A stretch of 64,000 nucleotides of DNA from Basidiobolus ranarum (taxonomy: Eukaryota): contig JASJQH010000002.1 of NCBI GenBank assembly GCA_040143965.1, positions 1 through 64,000 of the forward strand, given 5' to 3'. The notes beneath the pieces were generated by a model, which did no database searches, had not been told where the DNA came from, and saw nothing but the letters and a program-made list of their open reading frames with translations. Positions 36,151-50,071 of the stretch are shown here, piece after piece. Made by a program: the position numbers and the translations under genes. The number at the start of each line of letters is the position of its first letter. The first letter of the stretch is position 1.

Positions 36151-39100
36151 TCATGATTCCTTTGAGCTTGATACAACATTCATGAATGCTTCCCGAAGCG
36201 ACGTTTCCGAGCCTAGTCAAACGGTTAGTTGTGGAGTCCTAAACGCAAGTCGGTCGTTGACCATTGTAACATTACCATAAATTGAGCTGAGATAGCGAAT
36301 CAGGTCTCGACATAGCTATTGATGGTTCATGGATTAGCATATCAAAATCAATGTTCAGGGTAAACTCCATATACATACGACTATTTCGTTGGCTTCATAA
36401 GCTTTCTGAACAAGTCGGACAGAGTACTACAGACAAAATGGTAAGCAAGAGGGAATAATATCATCAGTACATGGGAAATCGATACCTTGCTACTGACGGA
36501 CACTGGCTCCAAAGTCTGCAGCACAATAAGGTAGGATGTCGCAGTTTTTAGCTGGTCAGCATCAATGCATCGTTCAAATAATTCTTTTGGATTTCCCACT
36601 ACTGAAAATAAGTAGCCCCACAGAGCGACTTCTGTTTTACGGGCACATCTAACTACAATATCCAAGTATTGTGGGAAATGATTCAAAAACTGGACAACTA
36701 ATGGAAGTTCGGCATCTAATTTTGAAAAGTGAGGGTTTGCACCTTAAGATTCATGATAACCCATGAAGTACTTACCTTTACCCGGTGTTGCTGATGCATC
36801 TGCTTCATCCTCCAACACTTGATGTAGCAACACCTCTAGGCTGTGTGCAAAGTATTTTAACCGTTGGTAGCAAAGTGCATAGGCGACAGCCTCAGGTTCA
36901 AGTCTAAAGCAGCAATTTAGTAGGAATTGGAGATGTTCTCATGTTGAGAGATCAGTACCTTTTGGAAACAAAATGGCGAACAATATGGTGAAGGAAAAGG
37001 TGGCTCTGGTTGGTAAAAATTGGTGAGATTCTCACTGCATAGGTAAATAAAGAAATCCATTAGTTCCTACGTACTTTTGTTAACAATTTAAAGGATGCAA
37101 ATGGAGAGTGTATTGTGGAAGTGCTTTGCTCCAGACCGATAACAATTCCTTTTTCCAGTAAAATAGCTACAAATTCAAAATCATTGTTAATCCAATTTTG
37201 GTGGTTATGGTGCAAACGACTAATGCATACATCTCGGATAGAAGTCAAGAGAGAAACGAAACGATTCATCTTCACCCGATTCGGATATATCTAGACCAAC
37301 AGTGGTCTCCCCAGTGTCGTGTTTCATTATACTAACCCAGACCTGGAAGGTGTGAAAATCAACTTGGTGATGGGGTATATTGAAGTAAATGTTAAGCAAA
37401 ATACCTGGAAGGATTGGCCATCGTACGCCCACAATGAATTCTGATGGCTACCAATAGACTTGTTGGGGACATAGAAATACTCTACTCTATCGGAAAGTTT
37501 GCGTGCTTTATACTGGAATACGCCGTCAATCTAAAAACCTTCGTTTAGGAACCATCGGAGATGAGGTCAAACTGCATTCAACTTACCTCTTGAGGACTCG
37601 CGTATACCAGTTTTCCAGCTATGAGTATAATGATGGACGAATGTCTCGGGTCGTTAAAAGAGCCCTCTAATCCGATTTAGCAGATGAGTTAGGATTTGTG
37701 CGAGCAATTAGAAAGGAATAGCTTTCAATCTCGTGAATGAATGTCTTTACCAGTAGGTTTCTCTTGGAACCAGGTAATACATTGAACTCGCCCAGGCACG
37801 CTTATAACCCCTTCAAAGGAAATTTGTTGCAAAAGTTCGACTTCAAGAGAGCCATCTAGCAGGTGCAAAGTAGGTTTAGTTGGGTTGATTTCTGGAAACT
37901 GAGATGCCGGTGCGTACCAGATCGAATTGATATTCTGTAGTCATGAAGTATGTTATCCATGGTATAGACTAGGAGGGAGTCATCCATAATACTCAAATAA
38001 ATTACAGGCTTGGCCAATTTCTCACAGAATAGTAGATAGGAGTTATCTAGATTATTCTCCCTCGAGTAAAAACGTAGCTAGTAAGCACATCAGTCAATAA
38101 TGCTCAGTGTAGATATACAGGTATAAGTCTCCTCTAACCTCATGGGAATTGTCGTCAACCACATCACAAGCAACAATCAAGATTTTTTTATACCAAACCA
38201 GACCCCCGTGACAGACGAACTCTTGCTCCTTTGATGAGAATCCAAAGAAAATCAGTCCTGATATCCCGGAAATGTATACATGTTTGCACAATACCTGTAG
38301 CTGATCACCAAAAAGCTTCCATCTTCCGTTCGTCATGTTACAATGGGCGACACCGTATTTCCCAGCAATAGCAACGTATTTCCCGTCATAACTAATAGAT
38401 ACATACTAAAACCAGTTTAGTCTAATGAGATACCAAAGGAGAGAACACTCCCAGTTCATGACCAGAGATACCTTTATCGGCCAATTATCGGAGATGTAAG
38501 CGCTAGGGTACTAGAGTAAACAAACATTTAAAAAGCAGTTATGCAAAGGTAGGACGCAAGCGTATGTACTTGAATTGTTTGCCAAATCACATCTGGATTT
38601 AGTCCTTCTATTTCTTGGTCTACTTTGTTGTATAGGTAAAGCCTATCATCCATCTGCAATAATGCGTGTCGTACATTGTCCTATATGAAAGTTAAGTTTA
38701 ATAATGCTTATCTTAGTTAAGAACGAATGAATGATTAAAGAGTACGGGACTATGGAAGCCAGTAACTGCAGATTTCGCGATGGGAAGAATGTAAAATTTG
38801 TCAATAACACCTACAAAAAAGCATTAGCATGAGCTTTAGTGTGTTATGAAGTCTCCTCTTCTCAATTACCGTCTTCTAAAGATATGTTTTGTAATATGAA
38901 GAGCTCTTGATTGCTTGGGCTCCAGAACTAAGGAAAATAGTTTCCACGACGCGTGATTAGTAGAACAATCAGGGCAATAGGATAAGTGTGGTATCTACCA
39001 ATTGGTGAACTCCGTTGAAAAAGTCATCTTGAAAATTCCCTGATCTATATGAGAAAGAATAAGAGATTTCGAACTGTAATAAATAAGCTTGTGTAAATAC

Positions 39101-40668
39101 TTGGCATACAATAATGTGAGACTGTCTTCGGAGATGGTACTGAAAAGAAGGCGACCAAAAACACTCCAAAGCGAGACTCCATGGTGCGCCCAACCAACAG
39201 CAAGCATATAGCCATCGCTGGACCAGGAAAGGGATGTAACCTTACTGAGATGTGCAGGCTATTAAGGTATAACAAATTGATAGGTTACTCATGTTGAGAT
39301 GGCACTTAATACAAAAGGATATCTGTTATATTTTTAGGAAAGAGCGTATGCGACAAAGAAACTGAGCTCTTATCGAGAACTGAGTAGCAGAGAACAGTGC
39401 CACTGATTTGGAAGAAATAGGTTATTAATGGATATTGACATGTATATCATTATTGACTAAAACAAACCCTTCAGTTCCTATCGCTACCAGACCAAATTTC
39501 CGATTCAATGTAATAGCTGTAGCTCTTCCTTTATTGTCTTCGCCAACATCATTATAAAGACAACATCCATGCCATTCCTTATCGTCCTGGAATAAATCGC
39601 TTTAGCCAGAATGCTTCTTAACAATCGTAATGAAAATGAACCACTACCTGCTTTGATTTTTTATAGGTCAAATATGCTTCTCCATTCGAAGTTATCCAGC
39701 AAAAGATATCCATAAATTTGTCGTAGACAATGTTGTGTATATGACAATCTGAATATTTCAAAATTAGATTCATGTGTATTACAGCTGCTGCGTTTAGAGA
39801 CCAAAACAAACATGACAAACCTATATGCGGAGGAAGGAAGTCTAGTTGATCAAAAAGAGTAGGCTCCTTGGTGTCAGAACCATCAAACCAGTCAATGTAT
39901 CGAATGGCAGATCGGGCTTTCTCGCATACAATCAGCTCTTCATTTGTTGGTACAGCGCTAGAGTGGTTGACCATGTTACTATATAATCTAGAGTTTCGGA
40001 TTCTGAAGTCCATATAAACATACCATTCTACGCCACTTGTTAATTGTTTACTTTGATGAAACCGCATACTTAGCGACATTATTCCGTTGCCGTGACCAGG
40101 TCCAGTCACATATGAGTGCACTGCATCAAACCGGTACTGATATACGTAGCTACTATTTGCCACAATTTGATAAAAGAGAAAAAACATGTCGATGGTCTAT
40201 ACAAATTAAAATTAGCATCTGATTTTCTTTATGAAGAATTTCATATTAAGTAGAAGTAGAAGCTTACCAATATAACTATCATTGTAGAATCTGGCTTCCA
40301 AAATATATCCTGATTGAGCCCATATTGCTCGATTGACTCTTCAGTTCTAACAATCTTGGCAACCATAGCGGTAGGCTTTTTGATTCAGATAAAATAATAA
40401 GCAGGCAAAAGGTTTAGTAAAGTCCATATTCTCAGTGAATTTGTACCTAAACGATGTGGGTTTAAAATCAAGTCACCTTAGTTGTCCAAAGAGCGAGTGA
40501 TTTCGCCGTTAAAGTTGCAAATAATACTCCATTACTATTTCGTTTAAGTGAAAGTAAAGATTCATCTAGAGAGCCTCCTACAGTTTGCCCTTCTCGTGTT
40601 GCAGTTATTTCTTTTTCGAGAGGAGCTATGTTTGATATGACTTTTGCAGAGCCGTAGACCCAGTACAT
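36151..40668 (-). CDS. RIC1: RIC1, Rab6/Ypt6 GEF subunit (many exons; 3' end approximate)
   Basis: MYWVYG start, WSSDGYMLAVGW, WSVFGRLL, RWKLFGD, LDFYP, FPQYLDIVVRCARKTEVALWGYLF, LKTATSYLIVL. Confidence 0.88.
39252..39322 (-). other. U12-type AT-AC intron in RIC1
   Basis: On the minus strand: 5' site ATATCCTTTT, branch ACCTTAAT, 3' end GCAC. Removal gives in-frame FPKNIT-D-LSKVTSLSWSSDG. Confidence 0.88.
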
Positions 40669-41136
40669 GCTGTTCAAGTCAGTTATAAAGAGCTACAAAG
40701 ACGTGAATAGAGCTATGAATTTCGGGATTGTAGGCGACGCGTAGTGACGAGATTCACAACGGTTAAGTATAGATATGTTTTAAGGTCAATATAGTTAATT
40801 TTAGATAGATAGTCAATTTACTTATGCCAATCAAATAGAAAATCCCCAAAACAGTAGCTGTCACGGAAGTGATTGATCTTGATAAAACCAAGTTAAAAAG
40901 GACTCTTACACTTCAAAGAATCGTACACAAGACACGAACAGTTTCGTCACTAATTCAATGAGGAATATTTTACTTATATAAGTTAGGATAATTAATCCAA
41001 CAATACGTAGAATCTAATATATATATAATCAGGATAAACAAAAATGAAGCGACAATCAACAGAAACTGTTAGTTTCGGGGAAATACATAATGCAGGTTAG
41101 ATAAATTGCTGATGAATGTGAAGTAAAGTACGGCTC

Positions 41137-42588
41137 TTAGGCTGCATGATGAAGATTCATAGGGAAGCGAAGATACACTTCGTAGTATAGGCTATCTAGC
41201 ACTTCTTCTTTAGCTTGATCAAACATCGTTAGCGTGTAATTCTTTCCACCAACCGCGTCTCGAAGGTTAGACACCATCTCACACGGAATGTTTATTTCGA
41301 GTAAGCTACCTGGAAGAAAGAATTTCTCATAAAATCGTTGATAGTATGGCGCTAGATCACTAGGCACCATGATTTGTTCTGTTAAAGACTCAATAGTTCG
41401 AGCAATGCTGATATTCGCTGGCGTAATTGTCTGTTTAACGCTAGAATGTGGATAAGATAAGCAGGTAGCAATTTGCGGTGAGGTATAGCTAATATGTGCA
41501 GGACTAGGTGGAGTTACGGAGGAATTCATAGACCAACTGACTTTTGAATTCCCTGCTGCTTTTCCCGTAATTATTTCTGATTCTGAGTTTGAGATGGCGA
41601 CCAGACTTAGTTTCTTCAGATCTTGATAAGCCTCCAAGAATAGAACGTTTTCGACACAAAGACATTCCATAGCAGTTTGCTTGAAATTTTCGAAAAATGA
41701 CCAATCTAGAAGTTTCATGCAAAATTCCTCTTTGACCTGAATGTAATCGAATTGCGCTGGAGGACGGTCAGTCCACTTGAGAGAAAAAAAGATTGGTAGA
41801 CAGATAGAAATAAAATGAATCAGTAGAATAACCAACACTGGCAAAAGAACAAGGTAAGGGGAAGGATTCTTGTGATAAAAACGGTAAAAGAAGTCAATCC
41901 CTAAACCCAGAGCCACCACTATGGTGGAGAAAAGAAAATCACGACGAATACTATAAGCATGATTTAAAGACCATAACTTAAATATCAGTGTGGGACAAAA
42001 GAATACTAAATAGCACAGGATACCTAAGTAAAGAGGGTAGAACTCCCAAGTGAAAGTGTGACTGGTCTTCACGAGAGATAACGGAAGTTCAGATTGATGT
42101 TGAATCAGTGCTATGCCAATAATGCTTACTAAAAGAATAAGAAGGAATAAAAAAGTTAGCAACTTGTCTGTAGAGTTTTCCCTTTGTCTTCGACTGGCTT
42201 GTGGAACCTCCTTAATAGTTAAGCATGACAAAAGATCCAGTGTTCCAAATAACAGTCCACAAGACCTAAGCTTTGACGTGCTAGCACGAAGTAGTAGGAT
42301 TAAACGTAAAGCGCGCAAGCCAATAGTTCCAAGAACCAGAGCAATTAGGAAGTATGGAAGCCACAAGCACAAAAAACTGGGGGTGTCTTCACGAAAAGGA
42401 ATCCAGAGAAGTAACAGCGAACTAAGCAATCCACAAGCACAAGCAGTCACTAAGCTAAGTATTTGACTGTGCTGCGATCGATCGGGTTTAATATCACGAC
42501 GGTAAAATATGGCAGATGTAACGATAAAAAACAGAAAATTTCCACCAGCTAAGATGCAAAAAACAATCAACTGTACTGTATTGAGCAT
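41137..42588 (-). CDS. Multi-pass (about 7 TM) protein with C-terminal RGS domain (GprK/AtRGS1-like architecture), intronless
   Basis: About seven hydrophobic segments, then RGS motifs FENFKQTAMECLCVENVLFL, FYEKFFLPGSLLEINIP and MFDQAKEEVLDSLYYEVYLRF. Confidence 0.82.
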   Translation of the reverse strand: MLNTVQLIVFCILAGGNFLFFIVTSAIFYRRDIKPDRSQHSQILSLVTACACGLLSSLLLLWIPFREDTPSFLCLWLPYFLIALVLGTIGLRALRLILLLRASTSKLRSCGLLFGTLDLLSCLTIKEVPQASRRQRENSTDKLLTFLFLLILLVSIIGIALIQHQSELPLSLVKTSHTFTWEFYPLYLGILCYLVFFCPTLIFKLWSLNHAYSIRRDFLFSTIVVALGLGIDFFYRFYHKNPSPYLVLLPVLVILLIHFISICLPIFFSLKWTDRPPAQFDYIQVKEEFCMKLLDWSFFENFKQTAMECLCVENVLFLEAYQDLKKLSLVAISNSESEIITGKAAGNSKVSWSMNSSVTPPSPAHISYTSPQIATCLSYPHSSVKQTITPANISIARTIESLTEQIMVPSDLAPYYQRFYEKFFLPGSLLEINIPCEMVSNLRDAVGGKNYTLTMFDQAKEEVLDSLYYEVYLRFPMNLHHAA

Positions 42589-43606
42589 TGTGGAGCCAAA
42601 GTGGAACGAATCCTTTTGACTATAGTTTTCGTCTTTTTGATCAGAAGTTAGATGAGGAAACGGAACGAGTAATGAACTGTTACGAGGTGCCCAGTAATAT
42701 ATGAGGACAGTGTTAGGAAATACTTTCAGAGTTATTACTGCCCGAATATTTTCCGAGTCTTTATATTAGTCATTGTCGCGTAAGAGACAAAGAAACTTAT
42801 GCTGTACAGCTGTTGATCTTTGACAATGAACGGTGTGATACATGTATACAGTGATACACATATACAATGCATATTACAATCCTAACTCCAGTAACAATTA
42901 CCTCAACTTTTGTTGTGGTGCTAATACCTGTGCATATCACTGGCCTAATGGATCCTTGAACAATTAATCACGAAAGGTTGTTGATCATGCCTAACCGTCG
43001 TCATGCCATCGTTGGATAGTACATGTCGGTATACACCGATATAGTAATTCTGCGCTACTTAACCTTGCGATTGATTGTGTCGAAGTTACTATCTCTAAAT
43101 GAAGCCTGGACAAAGATGGCTTAGCATATATATATATATACTTGTATGTTTACTCTTATGGCTTGCATACTCATGTATATTTTCGAATAGGCAAGTTAAT
43201 AATCGCTAACCTGACAGAAAATATAATGTCCGGTCCTATCCAGGTTAAATAGAACCGAGTCTGATTTTTCTCCACTCCATTTGTTCATGTGCACAAGTGA
43301 TTTAGAATTTTTTAATCACGTTTGGCTTAATCTATACCAATAATAAGCCTCAATAGTTAGTTCACCGGCTAATAATTTGATATATTATTTTAGCATAAGC
43401 AATGGGCCTACCAATAAGATACCAGACCAGTCATCAGGGTTTGGTACAATTTCGGAGTCCAGGGAACGAAGCTTTTTCACCTGTGTTAAAGCTCCCTTTT
43501 AACTAAACAGCCTTTTTTTTTCGCATATCCACTCCTTTTCTTCTTATTTTCTTTCGCTCCTTCTTTTAGAACCTTTGTTATTAAGAATCTAGCGAATTAG
43601 AACATT

Positions 43607-46600
43607 ATGGCGAGAGGAAAACGCGACCATCGTGAGGAAGAAGACGATGATCTAGAGCAAGATCGTCGTTATGACGAGGAGGACGAGGAGGAAGAAGAAG
43701 AAGAAAATACTGTAAGTTTTATAGAAATAGTTACTTTTCTCTTGATCGTGCATTAAGTGCCATTTTGAATTTTAACTCTAAACCATTTTACTCTCGCGCA
43801 AAATAGCGTCATAAAAAAAAGAAACCTAGAAATATGTTTTTGGATATGGAAGCCGAAGTTGACGACGATGAAGAAGAAGATTACGAAGATGACGATGAAT
43901 TTGGCAAAGAAGGTTCAGTATCTACGTTCTCGTATTACTTCGTGTAAATGATCCTTCGTCTAATCTAGTTGATTCTCTCTTATTTGTAGATGGTTTCATC
44001 CAAGAGGATTATCATGAGGAGGCAGGCGACGAAAGTTCTCATCGTGCTGCCCGACACAGAGATCTTGATCGTAGAAGTCGAAAGGTTGAAGAGATAGACG
44101 CAGAAGAAGTGGCAGCTCGCTTACAAACAAAATATGGAAGGAGTAATAATCGCGGGGTTTATAGAGGAGACACTGAACATGTTCCTCAACGCTTCCTTGT
44201 ACCCAGTGTTGAAGATCCTAATTTATGGATGATCAAGTGCAAGGTGAATATTTAATCGTTGTCGTAAATGATATATATTCCAATGCTTACAAATATACGT
44301 TTATTTTAGCCAGGAAAAGAAAGAGATATTATCATGACTATGATGAAGAGATGCTTTGACAAAGAATTGACTGATAATCCACTCCAGATCATTTCAGCCT
44401 TTGCTAGAGACTCTTTAAAAGGATATGTTTACGTTGAAGCACGTAAGCAGGCCCATGTTCAACAGGTATGTCATTACACATCGTTACTTACCTACGGATT
44501 CTTATTCTGTTTTTCTTAGGCTGTGGATAAAATTACGGATCTATTTGCATTCAAATTGACACTCGTTCCTATCGGCGAAATGGTGGATGTTATCAATGTC
44601 CAGAAAAAGGAAGCCGAACTTATTCCCGGCGGATGGGTTCGAGTCAAGAGAGGAAAATATGCCGGTGATTTGGCACAGGTAAGTTTCTTTTGAATTTATT
44701 CAATAACTTGCAGTAAACCAACCAACATCATTTAGATTCTTGAGATTGCTGATACTCAAGAGAGTGTTAGAGTCAAACTGATTCCCCGTCTCGATCTTAC
44801 GCAAGAAAAGGTAAAAGCGGACTATAGATTGTATTATACCTATCTTCTCTCTTACAATAAATCCAATAGACTGATCCATTTGGAAAGAAGAAATCCTCTT
44901 CCGCACCCTCTGGATTTCGTCCACCTCAAAAACTATTTAATCCGAAAGATGTTGAGTAAGTGGCGTTATAAGCTGTTGAATTCTAAACATCTCACTAACA
45001 ATCTCTTCTATGCAGAAAACTTGACAGATCCAAGCCCGTCTTTCCTAAGCCTAAAGGATACTTTTTATATGGTAGTGAAATGTTCAAAGAAGGATACCTT
45101 GAAAAAGACATGAAAATCAGTAGCTTGGTAATTGATTGACTTCTACATTATTTGCTGCTTACATTCTTAACTTTTTATTAATTATATAGGTTACCGACTT
45201 TGTAAATCCTACTTTGGATGAAATCACTCGCTTTACCAATGGTGGTGCCGATGATGAACGTGGTGGTAGGATGACTGTGTTACTTAGATTTGGAACTCTA
45301 AATACTGATATTGTTTTTAACTTAAGGGTTGGATTTATCTACCTTGGGAAATACTGGAATTGTGGCCCAATTCCAACCTGGCGACCATGTTGAAGTTACT
45401 GAGGGTGACCTTATAAATTTACACGGTGTTGTCGAGTCTGTTGAAAATGATATTGTGACCATTATTCCCCAAGATCGCCGGTTGTTAGAAGTATGTTTCC
45501 CTCCTTAATTCTCGGATATCTAGAATTTCATATTGAAACTCTGTTTTCATTTTAGGAACATCTAAAATTCCCGGCTAGACAGTTGCGGAAACGCTTTGCT
45601 CAGGGTGACCATGTGAAGGTGATTAATGGTCGCTTTAGTGGAGAAACCGGATTGATTGTCAAAGTAGAGGATAATGTCGTAACTATGTTATCTGATATTA
45701 GCTTAACTGAGGTAATTATTACACACTTGATTAATTTTCGCGCCCATATAACCTAACTTGAGGTTTTCTCCAGGTTACTGTATTCTCGAAAGATTTGCGT
45801 GAAGCAGCTGAAGTTACTTCTGGTGTTAGTGGTGTTGGCAGTCATGAATTGCATGACTTCGTACAATTAGAGTAAGTATGGTTTTTAATAAGTACAAATG
45901 ACCCTATCTTAATATAGAGACTAACATGAAATGATAGTCCTCAAACTGTGGGAGTTATCACAAAAATCGATCGTGATACATGTCGTATTCTTGACCAGAA
46001 CGGAAATGTTAGGAATATTCAACCCCATCAAATTAGTGCCAGCCGTGACTCTAGAAGAGCTGTTGCTGTTGATTCCCAGGGTAATAATATCCGTGTCGGT
46101 GATCAAGTCAAAGAAATCGACGGCGAGGTAATAACGGAATGAGGGTTAGCATTTCTAGTATGTGAGTAATTAAATTATTGAATATTTAGATGCGACAAGG
46201 CACTGTATTACACCTTTATCGTTTCTTTGTTTTTCTGAGATCACGAGAAATACTAGAAAACGGTGGTGTATTTGTAGCTCGTACACGCCAGCTACTTAGT
46301 ACCAGTTCAAAACCTGGACAAAGGGTAAGTTATTGCTATTTGACTTATTGAGGGGACACCTTTTAATTTCCGATTTTTGTAAACATTTTTTAGCAAAGCA
46401 GTACTACGCTTAATCCTAATGTTCTTAATAATTTTGCTATTCCGACTGCTCCCCGAGGACGTGGACGCGGTAGAGGTGGTATGATGGGACGTGGACGAGG
46501 TGGTAGAGATAAATTGATTTCCCAAACTGTCACTGTTATCAGTGGACCTTACAAAGGCTACCTTGGCATCGTTAAAGATACTACTGACGATCAGGCTCGA

Positions 46601-47830
46601 GTTGAATTGCACACCAGTAATAAAACCATTAATGTCGATAAAACCACCCTAGAAATCAAAGAGTAAGTGCAACTGTTGTCTTCTACCCAAACAAGCATTA
46701 ATTTACTTATATTGAATAGTCGTAGTGGTGCTCGAACTAGTATCGCTGATTTCTATGGAATGGGTGCTCGTGGCAATTCACAGGGTGGAGGAAGATATGA
46801 AAATAACTACCGTAGAAATGACAGAGGGGGGCATTCTCGGTATGGAGATGGCAATGCTACTCCGATACATCCTTCTGGTTCACGTACGCCTGCTTGGCAA
46901 TCTGGCTCACGTACACCTGCATATACGGGCTATTCGGGATCAAGAACTCCTATCCATAGAGTCGAGATGGGTTCTGCTACGCCAAATCCTTATGCCGAAG
47001 GCTCTCATACACCTGCTTGGGATGCTGGTAGTAAGACACCGGGTCGCAATAGTTCCAGCGGCGAGGGTTGGAGTAGTTGGGGCGGAGGCACTCCAAGGAT
47101 GTCTAATAACGGATGGGGTGATGACTGGAACAGCTCTAGTCGAAACGACAGCCATTACGACAACGGTAAAGACTTGAAGGATACCTCTAAACATTATTCC
47201 AGCTCTTATGATACATACACTACCCCATCATACGATAATATTCAAACACCAGCACCAACCGGTGTGCCAAGTACACCGGCGCCAGTTGTTAATACTCCAG
47301 GTCCAAGCTCATATGCAAGCTCTACTTTATCAGCACCTACTCCCGCTCCATTAGCACCTGTTACACCAGCACCAAGTAGCTATCCACAAACGCCATCGAT
47401 GCCCTCCGGTGGAGATTTCAGCCGTGTGCACGATGATATTCATGATATATTGGATCAAGACTGGGCAACGAGAGATATTCATGTCCGTATTGTATCTAAT
47501 CGACACACAGGCCAAAAATACCAAGCTGGAAACTTTGATCAACAATCAGCTCGTATACGATATGTTAACCGCGGTGGTGAAAGTTGTGACATCGTTTTAG
47601 AAGGATCTAACGATAAACTATCCTTACCAGTTGACTACATAGAACCAGTCAAGCCTAACAAAAGAGATAAAATCAAGGTGATGGGCGGTGAATTCAAGGG
47701 TCAAGTAGGCACACTTATTGGTATAGATGGTCAAGACGGTATTGTCAAACTTGAAGGCGGAAAAGACTTCAAGATTTTGAATATGAATGGTTTGGCGAAG
47801 TACGCTGGCTCAGGTAGTGCCAATGACTAA
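43607..47830 (+). CDS. SPT5: Transcription elongation factor Spt5
   Basis: Acidic N-terminus, NGN domain ([23 protein letters not shown]), several KOW motifs, CTR repeats GSRTPAW/GSRTPAY/GSHTPAW/GSKTPG. Confidence 0.95.
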
Positions 47831-48685
47831 AGCAAGAAACTTCATACGCTTTATTTGTTTTATTTACCACAAGTTTGTATAATGTACAGATTTTTTATGA
47901 TTGTCACTTTGCTCTTTTTCTTTTTTCACTTTTACGATCAGCATATAATAGAATGAATTCCACTCCAATGCTCCCTTTGCTCAATCTTTAGTTCTAACTA
48001 TGCACATGGTATAGAAGGATCGAATCGTGCCAAGTTTTTATTGGAGTTTTCTTCCTGTTCATCTTTTTTGGGACTTGATCGTACATGACATTTTGTCCCT
48101 ACTCTATGGAGTACTATCCGCATCCTTAATACAAGTCAAATAAAGAAATGCAATATTTACAATACATTCCATAATTTACTACGTTACTGTTGACTACAGA
48201 ATATAGCAAGCACGAAAAGCAATGTGCTATTATCATCCCTTACAAGATACCCATTAACCCCTGATGCCTACATGGAATTCATAACAAATATTTGTGATTA
48301 ATTGAAAACTTGACCAATCAGTGCGCGAATCACTAATACTCTTCAACCCTGCTTTGAACCTTCTACTCCTAGAAACAAGCTTGTACTTTTCTAAGAAAAG
48401 TTGTGCAGATAAGTACACATACATATGTAAAAGCATCATTTGGATGATTTGAATGAACCTCTAAAACTTGCGCAGATATAAATATCAATGTGGGTGTTTA
48501 TCACATCCGAATACGACCTTTCTACAATTTATTAGCGTTCTATCATAGTTGAAAGTGACAATACACCAGATGACCTCTTTCGAAAATTGCGAAGTTCTCA
48601 TAAATCATCACTAGAAAAAGTAAAAGATACCTCATTAAGTCCGCGATTTTGCGTTGGATTGAATCCTTCTCAGTTACTAATCAAG

Positions 48686-48934
48686 ATGTTTTCAAAACGT
48701 CGACAAAAGCCAAGTCCTCCACACACAAATCAACATTCACAATATGAAAAGTTAGAGTTCACCGAAGCCAAAGCTGAACTCCGGAAACCTACACATATGT
48801 TTGAAGAGATTATCACTCATGGATTCTCTTTGGATCATGAAGATGGGTGTACGAGACAACCGACTATTAGGTTCTCTTTGACTCCGCGTAGATTCAGAAG
48901 TCGGGAATCGACAGCGATACGTACCTCAAGATAG
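48686..48934 (+). CDS. Small hypothetical protein (82 aa)
   Basis: ATG-initiated ORF MFSKRRQK... with FEEII...TIRFSLTP segment in an otherwise gene-free interval. No function assignable. Confidence 0.4.
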   Translation: MFSKRRQKPSPPHTNQHSQYEKLEFTEAKAELRKPTHMFEEIITHGFSLDHEDGCTRQPTIRFSLTPRRFRSRESTAIRTSR

Positions 48935-49267
48935 TTATGCCAATATATAGATATTTTCCCTACTTTCAATCCCATAAAATGAGAAGTTGTGCTACATAGA
49001 AGTACAACGGAAAACCCGTCAATATCGATTCGGCTTTAGAATGTAAAAAGTTGAACTTGCTAGCTCGACACGATGTTGGTGTAACTACAGTGTCCATCGT
49101 GATAAATAAAGCAAAATGATATGCAAGAATTCATATGAACTAGTTTAAAAAATGCCGCTGTAATTGTCCATGCACAATGTAAATACAATATGTTATAAAT
49201 AAGATTTATTCTATTTCGAAGATTACAATCTGCTCGTGATGTTACTCAAGAATCCCATTCTATAAGC

Positions 49268-49339
49268 CACCTTTTCTGGCTGTACCCACCGTTCAATTTG
49301 AGTCACCTTTTCTGGTTGTACCCATCCTTCAATTTGAAG
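49268..49339. repeat. 36-bp imperfect tandem duplication
   Basis: caccttttctggctgtacccaccgttcaatttgagt followed by caccttttctggttgtacccatccttcaatttgaag. Confidence 0.8.
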
Positions 49340-50071
49340 TACATGCGATCACAAAAGCGATCATCGATACCATAGAGACTAGATCCGAATAATATCCTAC
49401 TTTACTGAATGAGCTCTTGATACACTGTCAAGCATAGGATTAAGCCCATCAATCTTGGCTTAGCAAAGGAATATAATGTATGCAAGGTCGGTTCGTAACA
49501 CACAGCCCAACCTATAAATTCGTTTTACAGAAATAGCCGTTGTCTTATTCAGGAATCTTGTAACAAGTTTATGAATCCTTAATATATATTCTACACTGAA
49601 ACGTCGAGAATGCTTGGAGTTTCCTAACTTGGTCATTGAATTAATGAGTCTGCTTGCTGGTTGGACCTGTGGCTGGACCTTTAATAAACCACGGTAACTT
49701 ACAGGCCTTAATTGATAATTTAATGATTTAATTAGGTCCGTCTCCTGCTTGAATAAAATGATCTGGGTATTTACATTGATCTTTCCTTATCACGGATCAA
49801 ATGCTCCTATATTTGCCTTCAATGGCTTCTCTTACTCTGTTGGACATTTCTCTTTTTCCCTATCGTGCATTAATTTCTTTTCAAACTGCTATTTTCTTCG
49901 TAAGCAGTGTTCCTTTCGTTTAATATTGAATATAGTCTTTTTTGTCCTCAATACTATAGTAAACTCACCTTTACCTAACTAACCTCTTGGTAGGTTGAAA
50001 CTGGAAACTCATTCTTAGCATAGCCATTTACACCTTTGGTTGAATTTTCCCTCGTCCCTTTTAGTGTACAA

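Noticed and set aside
46850-47100. GSRTP-type repeats
   Set aside because: Normal Spt5 C-terminal repeat region.
48295-48320. Short match to U4 snRNA (TAATTGAAAACTT)
   Set aside because: The 5' U6-pairing segment and Sm site are not evident; probably chance.
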